Below, piece by piece: positions 9,566-18,681 of a stretch of 64,000 bases of DNA. Each line of letters opens with the position of its first letter. The first letter of the stretch is position 1. The notes beneath the pieces were generated by a model that ran no database searches, was not told where the DNA came from, and saw only the letters and a list, made by a program, of their open reading frames with translations. The position numbers and the translations under genes are program-made. This stretch comes from an uncultured Clostridia bacterium (lineage in GTDB: Bacteria > Bacillota > Clostridia > Christensenellales > QALW01): NCBI GenBank assembly GCA_934434555.1, contig CAKRZX010000002.1, positions 22,376-86,375 on the forward strand, read 5' to 3'.

Positions 9566-10939
9566 ATGACGGAAACAAAAAAAGGCTTTTTTAAGAAAAG
9601 CGGCGACGTTGATATGACGGTGGGCAGTATAAGCAAGCATATAATTATGTTTGCACTGCCATTATTTATAGGGAATATTTTTCAGCAACTTTATAACACG
9701 GTGGACACGTGGGTGGTTGGCAATTATGTTTCAAACGAAGCATTTTCCGCCGTTGGCACGGTAGGACCGATTATAAATCTTTTAATCGGTTTTTTTATGG
9801 GCTTTTCAAGCGGCGCGGGTGTTGTTATAAGCCAGTATTACGGTGCAAAGAGATTTGATAAAGTGGAAAAAACAGTACATACTTCAATGACCGCCACGTT
9901 TATTTTCTGCATTCTCTTTACGGTTCTCGGAGTGGCGCTTGTGCCTTTAATGCTCTCTTTAATGAAAACTCCCGACGACGTGTTAGCCGAAGCCACGGAG
10001 TATCTTACAATTTATTTTGCCGGTGTCAGCGGGTTGCTTATCTACAATATAGGGTCGGGTATTCTGCGTGCGGTAGGCGATTCTTCAAGACCGTTTTTCT
10101 TTTTGGTTGTTTCGGCAGTGGTAAACACCGTGCTTGATTTGGTGTTCGTACTCTGCTTTAATATGGGCGTTGAGGGCGTTGCCTATGCAACCATAATTGC
10201 ACAAGGCGTGTCCGCAGTGCTTGTTTTAATCGAGCTTATGCGTACTTCGTCGTGTATTAAACTTAATATAAAAAAATTGGGAATCGACTGGGAGATTTTG
10301 GGCACGGTTGCGAAAATCGGATTTCCTGCCGCATTGCAATTGGCAATTACCGCATTTTCAAACGTATTTGTACAGTCATACATAAATTATTTCGGGTCCG
10401 ACTTTATGTCCGGCTGGACGGCTTACGGAAAAATAGACCAGCTTATGCTTATGCCGCTTACGGCAGTTGCACTTGCCGCCACTACGTTTGTAGGGCAGAA
10501 CCTGGGAGTAAAAGATGTTGAACGGGCCAAAAAAGGCGTAAGGTATGCACTGCTCATTTCAGTTGTCAGTACGGTTATTTTAATGATACCGATAATGGTT
10601 TTTGCACCGCAGTTTACCGGATTCTTTAACAGTAAACCGCAGGTTGTTGAGTACGGAGCAATGCTTTTAAGGCTGATTTCGCCGTTTTATGTTCTGTGCT
10701 GTGTTAATCAGGTTTATGCAAGTTCACTGCGCGGGGCAGGCAACAGCCGTGCCCCTATGGTACTGCTTGTTTTTTCATTTGTTGTATTCCGGCAGATTTA
10801 TCTTTTCATTGTAACGCGGTTTATTTCAAATACGGTAATTCCCGTTGCGCTTTCGTATCCCGCCGGCTGGCTTGTGGCAAGCATTCTTATGACTGTTTAC
10901 TTTAAGCACGTAAAACTTACCGATTCAAGGGTGGTTTAA
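9566..10939 (+). CDS. MATE family efflux transporter
   Basis: The 457-aa ORF has a 12-TM-like profile and the N-terminal FALPLFIGNIFQQLYNTVDTWVVG typical of MATE transporters. Confidence 0.9.
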   Translation: MTETKKGFFKKSGDVDMTVGSISKHIIMFALPLFIGNIFQQLYNTVDTWVVGNYVSNEAFSAVGTVGPIINLLIGFFMGFSSGAGVVISQYYGAKRFDKVEKTVHTSMTATFIFCILFTVLGVALVPLMLSLMKTPDDVLAEATEYLTIYFAGVSGLLIYNIGSGILRAVGDSSRPFFFLVVSAVVNTVLDLVFVLCFNMGVEGVAYATIIAQGVSAVLVLIELMRTSSCIKLNIKKLGIDWEILGTVAKIGFPAALQLAITAFSNVFVQSYINYFGSDFMSGWTAYGKIDQLMLMPLTAVALAATTFVGQNLGVKDVERAKKGVRYALLISVVSTVILMIPIMVFAPQFTGFFNSKPQVVEYGAMLLRLISPFYVLCCVNQVYASSLRGAGNSRAPMVLLVFSFVVFRQIYLFIVTRFISNTVIPVALSYPAGWLVASILMTVYFKHVKLTDSRVV

Positions 10940-11652
10940 TGAAAAAGAAGGTTTTAATTACTGCGCTTTCTGCCGTTTTGATACTTATCTGCGGGCTTGT
11001 GTACACGGGCGTTATTCAGATTAACGGACTTGCGGCGTTAAAGTACGAAATCCGCGGCGTTGACGTTTCGGCGTACCAGGGAAAAATTGACTGGGAAGTT
11101 TTAAGCAAAGAAAATATCGACTTTGCGTTTATCAAAGCAACAGAGGGTTCAACCCACGTTGACGAATATTTTGAAAAGAATTTTGAAAACGCAAAGAAAA
11201 CCGCATTAAAAATAGGGGCGTATCACTTTTTCAGTTTTGAATCCGCAGGCGAAACACAGGCGCAGAATTTTATAAAAAACGTAGGCGAAGAAATGCCGCT
11301 ACCGGTTATTGATGTGGAGCATTACGGAAAATTCAATAAGAAAAACAGCGATGTTCCCGCAATAAAAAAAGAATTGCGTGTAATGGTTGAAATGTTGAAA
11401 GATTATTACGGACAAACGCCGATAATATATGCCACAAAGGCGTCGAAAAACGAGATTCTCGGCGATGATTTTGACGATTGTTTCCTGTGGCTGAGAAGTG
11501 TTTATTTTCCCGTTAACAATAAAAACGGATGGACGTTTTGGCAGTATTCAAATCGCGGCAGGTTAGAAGGATATTCGGGAAGAGAAAAGTATATAGACCT
11601 TAATGTGTTCAGGGGAACAAGAGCAGAGTTTGAAATGATGTTCGGGGGATAA
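10939..11652 (+). CDS. GH25 family lysozyme (muramidase) with an N-terminal anchor
   Basis: GVDVSAYQGKIDWEVL...FAFIKATEG is the GH25 signature. An N-terminal TM or signal segment is present. Confidence 0.88.
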   Translation: MKKKVLITALSAVLILICGLVYTGVIQINGLAALKYEIRGVDVSAYQGKIDWEVLSKENIDFAFIKATEGSTHVDEYFEKNFENAKKTALKIGAYHFFSFESAGETQAQNFIKNVGEEMPLPVIDVEHYGKFNKKNSDVPAIKKELRVMVEMLKDYYGQTPIIYATKASKNEILGDDFDDCFLWLRSVYFPVNNKNGWTFWQYSNRGRLEGYSGREKYIDLNVFRGTRAEFEMMFGG

Positions 11653-11658
11653 AAAAAG

Positions 11659-11682
11659 AGGCTGTGACGGGTGTCACAGCCT
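11659..11682. terminator. Bidirectional terminator between convergent genes
   Basis: A perfect 10-bp stem aggctgtgac/gtcacagcct with a gggt loop is flanked by an A-run upstream and a T-rich tract downstream. Confidence 0.7.
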
Positions 11683-11696
11683 TTGTTGTTCATCGA

Positions 11697-13472
11697 TTAT
11701 TTTAAGAATTTTCTTCTGTAAACGGTTACCCCGGCAAGGGAAACGAGAACAACGCCCAGTGCAATATAAAGCACTGTCAAAGGTGCGTCGCCGGTATCTT
11801 CCTTATCAGAATCGCCCGAGGGAAGTTTTGCCGTTACAACCGAATCTTTTGTAATTTCTTTTTCAAGCGCGGAATCGGCAAAATATTTGCCGCAATCTTC
11901 ACAGAGCCAGTACTCAATATTGCCCTCTGCATTTACTGTGGCGGCTTTTGCGTCAACGTGCTTTATGCCGGTATGAGCGGGTTCGATTTCCGTTATATCG
12001 GTTTTTGCGTCACAAACTTCGCAGTGACGGGACTTTGAACCTTTCTCGGTACAAGTGGCGTCCTTATCAACCGTAAAGTTTTCTGAGTAGCGGTGCTCGG
12101 CTGCGGGAATCTCAGTAATGTTTGTCTTTGCGTCGCAGCGAGTGCAATGGTTTGACTTTGAGCCTTTTTCCGTGCAGGTGGGTTTGATGTCAACAACAAA
12201 ATTGCTGTCAAAATTGTGGGAGCCGTAATAATCGTTGCAGATGTTTTCAAGTACGGCAGAAGTCTTTATGCCTGAAATACTGTTTTTGTTTGTCTGCTCG
12301 TATACGGAACCTATTGCGCTTGTTTCGGCATTGAGTTCTGTGCTGAAAGAACAATCCGCGGTTGTACCGTAACAGTCAAATCCCACAAAACCTCCCGTAG
12401 CGCCTGCGCGTTCGCCCGTAACGGTTATTTTACCGGCAAAGTGACTGTTCTTTATTTCGCTGTCGCTGTCGTTAGTGCCTACAAAACCGCCCGCCTTTAA
12501 GGGGTCATAATTAAGCGTGCTTTTAACATCGCCCATTGCAACGCAGTTGCTTATGCTGCACTGCCACGCGTAACCTATAAATCCGCCAACGTGCCAGTTT
12601 CCGCCCGAAACCTTTGCATAGGAAATGCATTTTTCCATAACGCCGCCCGCATCGGAAGAGCCGGCAAAACCGCCTACGCTGTTATAACCCGAAACAGCAC
12701 CGTCCGAAGAGCAGTTTTTATATTTTCCTATAAAGTCACTGCCTACAAAACCGCCGGAGAAACCGCGACCGATAACGATAACGTCGGATTCACAGTTTTC
12801 GTAAACACCGTATGAGTTGCTGCCGACAAGACCGCCGCATTGGTTAGGCGAACTGCTGTCAGTTGTAACCGTGCCTTGAACTTTGCAGTTTTTTACCGTG
12901 ATTTCAAGTCCGTAACCCTCGCCGGCATTGCCGATAAGTATACCAACGCCGTCGTAGCGGTTAGGGTCGGGAAGAGTTGTCTGTTTTGAAGTCACATATG
13001 CGTTTGTTATGTTGATGTTCTGCAATGAAACCGTTCCTTTGGAAGAACCGCTGAAATTGCCGAAAAAGCCTGCGGCAAAACCGTCGCCGCTTTCGTCAAC
13101 ATAAAGGTTATCAATTGTGTAACCCTTGCCGTCAAAACAGCCGTTGAAACCGTTTGTTGAAGACTGAATTGTTCCCGTGCCGATAGGAATCCAACGGTGA
13201 CCTTTAAGGTCGATGTTGTTTGTTAAAACAAAATATTCACCGTTGTGGTTTCCCTTATAAATGCCCGAGTTTGCCTCCTTGGCGAGTTTTGCCAACTGTT
13301 CTGCCGTAGAAATACGGTAGGGGTCTGTTTCCGTGCCTGTTCCGCCCGCAAACTCCTTGGCGGCATAGTCGGTCCATATACCGTCCGCCTTGGGAGCAGC
13401 AGTAATAATGAAACACTGAAACGCGGAAATGCAAAGAGCCACAGCGGCGAGAATTGCTATCCGTTTTTTCAT
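11697..13472 (-). CDS. Cell-surface protein with GLUG-motif repeats, Cys-rich C-terminal repeats and a C-terminal TM anchor
   Basis: It has a signal peptide (MKKRIAILAAVALCISAF) and at least six GG(F/L)(V/A/I)G repeats (GGLVGSN, GGFVGSD, GGFAGSS, GGFIGYA, GGFVGTN, GGFVGFD). Two TCTEKGSKSxHCxxCDAKTxITEI modules and a terminal hydrophobic helix followed by RRK are also present. Confidence 0.75.
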   Translation of the reverse strand: MKKRIAILAAVALCISAFQCFIITAAPKADGIWTDYAAKEFAGGTGTETDPYRISTAEQLAKLAKEANSGIYKGNHNGEYFVLTNNIDLKGHRWIPIGTGTIQSSTNGFNGCFDGKGYTIDNLYVDESGDGFAAGFFGNFSGSSKGTVSLQNINITNAYVTSKQTTLPDPNRYDGVGILIGNAGEGYGLEITVKNCKVQGTVTTDSSSPNQCGGLVGSNSYGVYENCESDVIVIGRGFSGGFVGSDFIGKYKNCSSDGAVSGYNSVGGFAGSSDAGGVMEKCISYAKVSGGNWHVGGFIGYAWQCSISNCVAMGDVKSTLNYDPLKAGGFVGTNDSDSEIKNSHFAGKITVTGERAGATGGFVGFDCYGTTADCSFSTELNAETSAIGSVYEQTNKNSISGIKTSAVLENICNDYYGSHNFDSNFVVDIKPTCTEKGSKSNHCTRCDAKTNITEIPAAEHRYSENFTVDKDATCTEKGSKSRHCEVCDAKTDITEIEPAHTGIKHVDAKAATVNAEGNIEYWLCEDCGKYFADSALEKEITKDSVVTAKLPSGDSDKEDTGDAPLTVLYIALGVVLVSLAGVTVYRRKFLK

Positions 13473-13569
13473 AATTACTCTCCTGCTTTCATAAAAATTT
13501 CCCTATAATTATAATCTGGGAGGGGGTAAATGTCAACAATAACATTTGTTTTTCTGTGTTAATTTTTAC

Positions 13570-13598
13570 TTGCTAAAAAGAAAATAAGGCGTTATAAT
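13570..13598 (+). promoter_or_regulatory. Sigma-A-like promoter for the GtrB-like gene
   Basis: The layout is TTGCTA, a 17-nt spacer, then TATAAT, about 30 nt upstream of the ATG at 13627. Confidence 0.45.
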
Positions 13599-13626
13599 CT
13601 CGGTAATAAACAGACGGGAGAAAAGT

Positions 13627-14541
13627 ATGTTATCTGTTATTATTCCGGCGTACGATGAAAGCGAAGTGCTTGAAATCGGCGCAGTCAGAACGGGCAAGGC
13701 GCTTGAAAGCGCCGGCATAGACTATGAATTGATTTATATCGACGACGGCTCAACGGACGGAACGTGGGAGAAAATATGCGCGCTTCACGAAAACGACAGA
13801 CAGATAAAAGGCGTAAGATTTTCGCGTAATTTCGGAAAAGACGCCGCGATTTTTGCGGGTCTTAAACGGTGCAGGGGCGACTGCGTTGCCGTAATCGATG
13901 CCGATATGCAGCACCCGCCGGAGAAACTTGTTGAAATGTATCATCTGTGGGAGCAGGGGTTTGAGGTTGTCGAGGGCGTAAAGAGCAGCCGCGGAAAAGA
14001 AAGAAAACTGCACAAAGCGTGCGCGAATCTGTTCTATAAAATGATGTCGGCGGTGACAAGGCTTGATATGCGCAACGCGTCGGATTTTAAACTGCTTGAC
14101 CGCAAGGTGGTAAATGCGCTTATAAAAATGCCTGAGCACCGCATGTTTTTCAGGACGCTTTCCTCATGGGTGGGGTATAAATCCTGCACGGTAGCATACG
14201 ACGTTGAACAGCGGGCGGGCGGCGAGTCAAAATGGTCGACGTACAAACTTATGAAGTATGCAATGTCGTCGGTAACGAGTTTTACCGCGCGGCCCATGCA
14301 GATTGTAACCGGCTGCGGCGTCGTTGTATTCGCGATTTCGGTATTTGTGGGCATTTGGAGCCTTGTCGACAAGATTGTCGGCAGAGCCATTGAGGGAATG
14401 ACCACGGTAATATTCCTTTTGCTTTTCATCGGCAGCATTATTATGATGAGTTTGGGCATAATAGGCTATTACATTGCAAGAATTTACGAAGAAGTTCAGG
14501 CGCGCCCAAGGTATATAGTGGACGAGTTTTTGGACGGATAA
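13627..14541 (+). CDS. GT2 polyprenyl-phosphate glycosyltransferase (GtrB/ArnC-like)
   Basis: LSVIIPAYDE...YIDDGSTDGT...DADMQHPP is followed by two C-terminal TM helices, which is the GtrB-type architecture. Confidence 0.85.
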   Translation: MLSVIIPAYDESEVLEIGAVRTGKALESAGIDYELIYIDDGSTDGTWEKICALHENDRQIKGVRFSRNFGKDAAIFAGLKRCRGDCVAVIDADMQHPPEKLVEMYHLWEQGFEVVEGVKSSRGKERKLHKACANLFYKMMSAVTRLDMRNASDFKLLDRKVVNALIKMPEHRMFFRTLSSWVGYKSCTVAYDVEQRAGGESKWSTYKLMKYAMSSVTSFTARPMQIVTGCGVVVFAISVFVGIWSLVDKIVGRAIEGMTTVIFLLLFIGSIIMMSLGIIGYYIARIYEEVQARPRYIVDEFLDG

Positions 14542-14544
14542 CAA

Positions 14545-14575
14545 AAATCGGGCTTTTAAGCACCCGATTTTTTAT
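14545..14575 (+). terminator. Rho-independent terminator after the GtrB-like gene
   Basis: The stem aaatcggg/cccgattt is followed by a T-run. Confidence 0.55.
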
Positions 14576-14635
14576 CTGTTTTATTAACTTTTTGTGGAAA
14601 AATGCGGCGATGTCTACGAAAATCATAAAAATTAC

Positions 14636-14664
14636 TTGACATTCACCGATTTTTGGCGTATTAT
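14636..14664 (+). promoter_or_regulatory. Sigma-A-like promoter of the EPS operon leader
   Basis: The layout is TTGACA (14636-14641), a 17-nt spacer, then TATTAT (14659-14664). Confidence 0.5.
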
Positions 14665-14680
14665 AATGCTATATAATTTA

Positions 14681-14750
14681 ATAGGGGTAAACTCATTGAA
14701 AGATGAGGACACAAAGTCATTGTGCCTAAGGTTTATTACTACGGTTGACA
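14681..14750 (+). promoter_or_regulatory. c-di-GMP-I (GEMM-I) riboswitch-like aptamer
   Basis: The sequence ataGGGGTAAACTCATTGAAAGATGAGGACACAAAGTCattgtgCCTAAGgtttattacTACGGtTGAC parallels the Vibrio Vc2 aptamer as I recall it (GGGCAAACCATTCGAAAGAGTGGGACGCAAAGCC..CCTAAAC..). It has a 6-bp hairpin capped by a GAAA tetraloop. It also has the ACACAAAG junction and a near-canonical 11-nt tetraloop receptor (CCUAAG/UACGG) in the second hairpin. Confidence 0.7.
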
Positions 14751-14798
14751 GACTGCAATTTCTGCAAGGTTTTCTTGCACATATTGCAGTCTTTTTTT
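14751..14798 (+). terminator. Intrinsic terminator (riboswitch expression platform)
   Basis: The outer stem is GACTGCAAT...ATTGCAGTC and the inner stem is TGCAAG/CTTGCA, followed by T7. It directly abuts the aptamer. Confidence 0.8.
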
Positions 14799-14876
14799 AT
14801 TGCTTTGGGCGCAAAAATTTCGCAAAAAGAAGATTTCGGCAGTTTCAGCGCGGCTTGTGCGGGATTTTTGATTTCA

Positions 14877-15218
14877 ATGCTGCTGTTTTTGGGCGAGTTT
14901 GTGTTCGTTTCAAAAATGAAATGGCATCTCGGGTGCGATATGTATCTCTGCCTTATTCCGTGTGCGTACTTTCTCTTGAAAGCGGCACTTGCAGGCAAAA
15001 TACAAATTGCCGACGGCGGAATTTTAAGGCAGCACAGTTCGCTTATATATTTTGCCCATATGTTCTGTGCGGAAATCTGCTGGATTTTAACACCTGTTGA
15101 AAACGCAAATTCACTTGTTATGTTTTTGATTATATTTGCTCCTACGGTTTTGCCTGATACGGCAATAATCTTTGCGGCAAAGTCAAAAAGACTGAGTTTT
15201 ATAAAAAGGTTTTATTAA
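14877..15218 (+). CDS. Small hydrophobic ORF, possibly a remnant of an acyltransferase-3-type gene
   Basis: This is an in-frame M downstream of the terminator within track ORF 14745..15218. The C-terminal part (SLIYFAHMF...LIIFAPTVL) is membrane-like. There is no convincing RBS, so the call is weak. Confidence 0.3.
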   Translation: MLLFLGEFVFVSKMKWHLGCDMYLCLIPCAYFLLKAALAGKIQIADGGILRQHSSLIYFAHMFCAEICWILTPVENANSLVMFLIIFAPTVLPDTAIIFAAKSKRLSFIKRFY

Positions 15219-15230
15219 GAGGAAGAAAAG

Positions 15231-16745
15231 TTGGGCAAATACGCAAGAAAGATAAAATTCAATATCTTATCGGTAGTGCTTTGCCAAATTGTCACCGTAG
15301 CCGTGGGCTTTATCCTGCCGAGAATTTATATAGAAAACTTCGGTTCCGCGGTAAACGGAGTGCTTTCAACAATAAAGCAGATTTTTACCTACCTTTGCCT
15401 TTTGGAAGCGGGGGTGGGGCTGGCAACATCGCAGGCGCTGCTTAAACCCGTTGCCACGGGCGACAAAGATAAAATAAACAGCATTCTTGCCGCAACAAAA
15501 AAGCATTACACAAAAATCGGCATTATTTATTCTGCCTCTATTGTGCTTATCGGCGTTGTTTACGGATTCTTTGTAAATACGGGAATGAATCCTTTTACCG
15601 TTGTTGCGCTTGTTCTCTTAAACGGAATACCGTCGCTTATAACTTTCTTCATTCAGGGCAAGTATTGCATTTTGCTTGAAACCGACGGTATGCAGTATGT
15701 TATAACAAATTCGCAAACGGTTTTGCAGACCGTAAGCGGACTTCTTAAAGCGGCAGTACTGCTTTTGACAAACAATCTTATACTTATGCAGGCGTCATAT
15801 TGCCTTGTTGCGTCGGCGCAGCTTATCTATGTAACGCTTTACGCGCGGCGGCGCTATAAATGGCTTGATTTTTCGGTTTCTCCCGATTCAGGCGCAATAT
15901 CGCAAAAGAATTCCGTACTCGTGCACCAGATATCGGCAATGGTTTTCAATAATACCGACATTTTGCTTCTGTCGTTTTTAACCGATTTTTCAACGGTAAG
16001 TGTTTATTATATCTACAATCTGTTCTTTTCGCAGGTTGAAGCATTTACAAGCAGTGTTGTAAAGGGATTCAATTTCGCCTTGGGGCAGTTGTTCTCCGTT
16101 GACAGGCAAGCGTTTATAAAAAAGTTCAGGATTTATGAAAGCCTTTACGTTACCGCAAATTTTATCGTTTATACTTTGATGTGTGTTTTCCTTTTACCGG
16201 TGATACAGATTTATACCGGAGGAATAAACGACGCGAATTATATCAACCCTGCGCTTGTGCTTCTGTTTGCGGTTGCTAAAATGATTTCCGCGGCAAAGAT
16301 ACCCGTAAGTCAGATTATTGAGTATTCGGGAAGTTTTAACGCCACTAAGTGGCACGCCGTCTGCGAAATGATTATAAACCTGACTTTCACCGTCGGCGGA
16401 ATTTTTGCTTGGGGCATTTGCGGTGCTCTTGCCGGTACGGTTGCGGCAATAGCTTTCAGGTACTTTGCCGCCGTGGTTTTCGCAAACAAAAAAGTGCTTA
16501 TGCGTTCGGCAAAGGACAGTTTTTTACTTTTTGCCGTAAACGCAGCGGTTTTTTTGATTGTTTTTTTAGTGTTTAATACAACGCATTTTTGCAATCTGGG
16601 ATTTTGGAAACTTTGTCTTAACGGTGTGATTCATATGCTTTGGATAATACCGTTATACGTGCTTGCAAACTTTGTTCTGCGTCCCGACGTATATAAAAAT
16701 TTGATTTTAAGCCTGAAAGGCAGAAAAAATGAAAGAGATAATTAA
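15231..16745 (+). CDS. wzx: Polysaccharide flippase (Wzx, MOP superfamily)
   Basis: The 504-aa polytopic protein has a TTG start after aagagga, a typical Wzx length and profile, and an EPS locus context. Confidence 0.85.
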   Translation: MGKYARKIKFNILSVVLCQIVTVAVGFILPRIYIENFGSAVNGVLSTIKQIFTYLCLLEAGVGLATSQALLKPVATGDKDKINSILAATKKHYTKIGIIYSASIVLIGVVYGFFVNTGMNPFTVVALVLLNGIPSLITFFIQGKYCILLETDGMQYVITNSQTVLQTVSGLLKAAVLLLTNNLILMQASYCLVASAQLIYVTLYARRRYKWLDFSVSPDSGAISQKNSVLVHQISAMVFNNTDILLLSFLTDFSTVSVYYIYNLFFSQVEAFTSSVVKGFNFALGQLFSVDRQAFIKKFRIYESLYVTANFIVYTLMCVFLLPVIQIYTGGINDANYINPALVLLFAVAKMISAAKIPVSQIIEYSGSFNATKWHAVCEMIINLTFTVGGIFAWGICGALAGTVAAIAFRYFAAVVFANKKVLMRSAKDSFLLFAVNAAVFLIVFLVFNTTHFCNLGFWKLCLNGVIHMLWIIPLYVLANFVLRPDVYKNLILSLKGRKNERDN

Positions 16746-17256
16746 AAAAGATTTATATCGGTACTACGGCGGAAAGGAACCGCTTGCAAAACGGATTTTC
16801 CGCAAGCCGGAAATAAAATTCATTATTGCCCTGAGGCGTGCTCACAACAGCAAAAATCCGATGAGGCATTTAAGGCTCTTGTATCTTTCACATAAAACGG
16901 GAATACAGATTCCAGCAAAAACCGAAATCGGCGAGGGCTTTTATATCGGGCATTTCGGAAGAGTGATAATAAACCCGAATTGCGTTTTGGGCAAAAATAT
17001 AAACATTGCAACCGGCGTAACGCTCGGGCAGGAAAATCGCGGCGCGCGGAAGGGTTCGCCGAAGATAGGCGATAACGTGTGGATAGGTACAAACGCAGTG
17101 GTCGTCGGCAATATAACCGTGGGAAGCGATGTTTTGATCGCACCCCTTGCATATGTTAATTTTGATGTTCCCGACCACAGCATAGTTATCGGGAATCCCG
17201 CAAGGATAATCAAAAGGGAAAACGCAACCGAAAGTTATATTAACAACAAGGTGTAA
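16729..17256 (+). CDS. Left-handed beta-helix O-acetyltransferase (serine acetyltransferase-like)
   Basis: Hexapeptide repeats are present: IGEGFYIGHFGRVIINPNCVLGKNINIATGVTLG...IGDNVWIGTNAVVVGNITVGSDVLIA. Confidence 0.85.
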   Translation: MKEIIKKDLYRYYGGKEPLAKRIFRKPEIKFIIALRRAHNSKNPMRHLRLLYLSHKTGIQIPAKTEIGEGFYIGHFGRVIINPNCVLGKNINIATGVTLGQENRGARKGSPKIGDNVWIGTNAVVVGNITVGSDVLIAPLAYVNFDVPDHSIVIGNPARIIKRENATESYINNKV

Positions 17257-17259
17257 ACG

Positions 17260-18000
17260 ATGAGCATACCGAAAGTGATTTATTATTGCTGGTACGGCAA
17301 AAATCCGTTGCCGAAATCGGTAAAAAAGTGCATGGAATCGTGGGAAAAGCAATGCCCGGAATATAAAATTGTCCGCATTGACGAAACGAATACCGATATT
17401 AACGAAAATGAATATGTTTCTCAGGCTTATTCCGCCGGCAAGTGGGCATTCGTAAGCGATTATTTCAGGCTTAAAGCAGTTTATGAGAACGGCGGAGTCT
17501 ATCTTGACACCGATGTTGAACTTATAAAAAGCCTTGATTGCCTGACGGAAAAATATGACGGCTTTTTCGGCTTTGAGCAGGGGAAAAATCTTATTGCCAC
17601 CGGGCTTGGGTTCGGGGCAAAAAAGAATAACAAATTCGTTAAGGCAATGCTTGATTCTTATGAAAACATTACGTTTTTTGATTCTTCCGGCAAAGCCGAC
17701 GAAACACCGTGTCCCGAAAGGAATACCGCTGCGCTTGTCAAAATGGGGGTTGACACGCAAAAGCGGAACCAGGTAATAGATAACGTTTGTTTCTTGAAAG
17801 AAGAAGTACTTTGCCCGATAAATTTTTTTACCGGCAAAAAGAAAATAACGAAAGACACGGTTTCCGTGCATCATTACGGCGCGTCCTGGTGCAGCGATGT
17901 CACAAGGCGCACGTTAAGGCTCAAAAAAATAATCGGAATTAAGAATTACAGCATTCTTTACGGGAAACTTCTTCATAAATCAAACAGGTGGGAATGGTAA
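17260..18000 (+). CDS. Glycosyltransferase, GT32-like (DXD)
   Basis: IYYCWYGKNPLP...WAFVSDYFRLKAVYENGGVYLDTDVE is a typical capsular GT32/OCH1-like signature. Confidence 0.8.
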   Translation: MSIPKVIYYCWYGKNPLPKSVKKCMESWEKQCPEYKIVRIDETNTDINENEYVSQAYSAGKWAFVSDYFRLKAVYENGGVYLDTDVELIKSLDCLTEKYDGFFGFEQGKNLIATGLGFGAKKNNKFVKAMLDSYENITFFDSSGKADETPCPERNTAALVKMGVDTQKRNQVIDNVCFLKEEVLCPINFFTGKKKITKDTVSVHHYGASWCSDVTRRTLRLKKIIGIKNYSILYGKLLHKSNRWEW

Positions 18001-18680
18001 TGCAGTATATCGATATCGAGAAAATCGATGGAAAGACCGCGAGCAGATTGGAGAGAATAATAGAAAAATCCTATGCTTCGTACTGGAAAAAGAAACGGGC
18101 GTTTGATATAATCGCCGCAACGCTTTTGCTTATTCCGCTTTTCGTGCCGATTTTGATTATGGCGCTGATTATATTTATTGACGACCCTCACGGAAATCCT
18201 TTTTATAAGCAGGTGCGTATCGGGCGTCACGGAGAGGAATTCTATATGTACAAGTTCCGTTCAATGCACGTTGACGCTGATAAACGCAAGAAAGAACTGC
18301 TTGATAAAAACGAAATGGACGGACCTGTTTTTAAGATAAAAAATGACCCGAGGGTTACAAGGGTGGGAAAAGTGATAAGAAAGTTTTCAATAGACGAACT
18401 GCCGCAGTTGTTTAATGTTTTTGCGGGTAATATGAGCCTTGTAGGACCGCGTCCGCCGCTTCCTGAGGAGGTGGAAAAGTACACCGATTATGATAAACTC
18501 CGCCTTATAGTTACTCCGGGGATAACCTGCACATGGCAGATCTCAAAAAACAGAAACGATGTTTCATACGAAAAATGGCTTGAAATGGACCTTGATTACA
18601 TAGAACACCGAACAACATGGGGAGACATAAAAATTATACTTAAAACTCCCATTGCAATGCTTGAAGCCACAGGGAGATAG
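18000..18680 (+). CDS. Initiating phosphoglycosyltransferase (bacterial sugar transferase, small monotopic PGT)
   Basis: FKFRSM...DGPVFKIKNDPRVTRVG..IDELPQLFNVFAGNMSLVGPRPP matches the family. I chose the ATG at 18000 (TAATG overlap, aggtggga RBS). GTG at 17988 and ATG at 17994 are alternatives. Confidence 0.9.
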   Translation: MQYIDIEKIDGKTASRLERIIEKSYASYWKKKRAFDIIAATLLLIPLFVPILIMALIIFIDDPHGNPFYKQVRIGRHGEEFYMYKFRSMHVDADKRKKELLDKNEMDGPVFKIKNDPRVTRVGKVIRKFSIDELPQLFNVFAGNMSLVGPRPPLPEEVEKYTDYDKLRLIVTPGITCTWQISKNRNDVSYEKWLEMDLDYIEHRTTWGDIKIILKTPIAMLEATGR

Positions 18681-18681
18681 A

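Noticed and set aside
14594-15100. A 168-aa plus-strand ORF, and the 5' part of 14745..15218.
   Set aside because: They run through the promoter, the riboswitch-like aptamer and the terminator hairpin. Only the part downstream of 14798 could be translated, and even that is weakly supported.
16888-17874. A 328-aa minus-strand ORF in the track.
   Set aside because: It lies entirely antisense to two well-supported genes (the LbH acetyltransferase and the GT32-like transferase). The sequence is low-complexity and Phe/Ile/Arg-rich with no recognisable motif. It is a shadow ORF.
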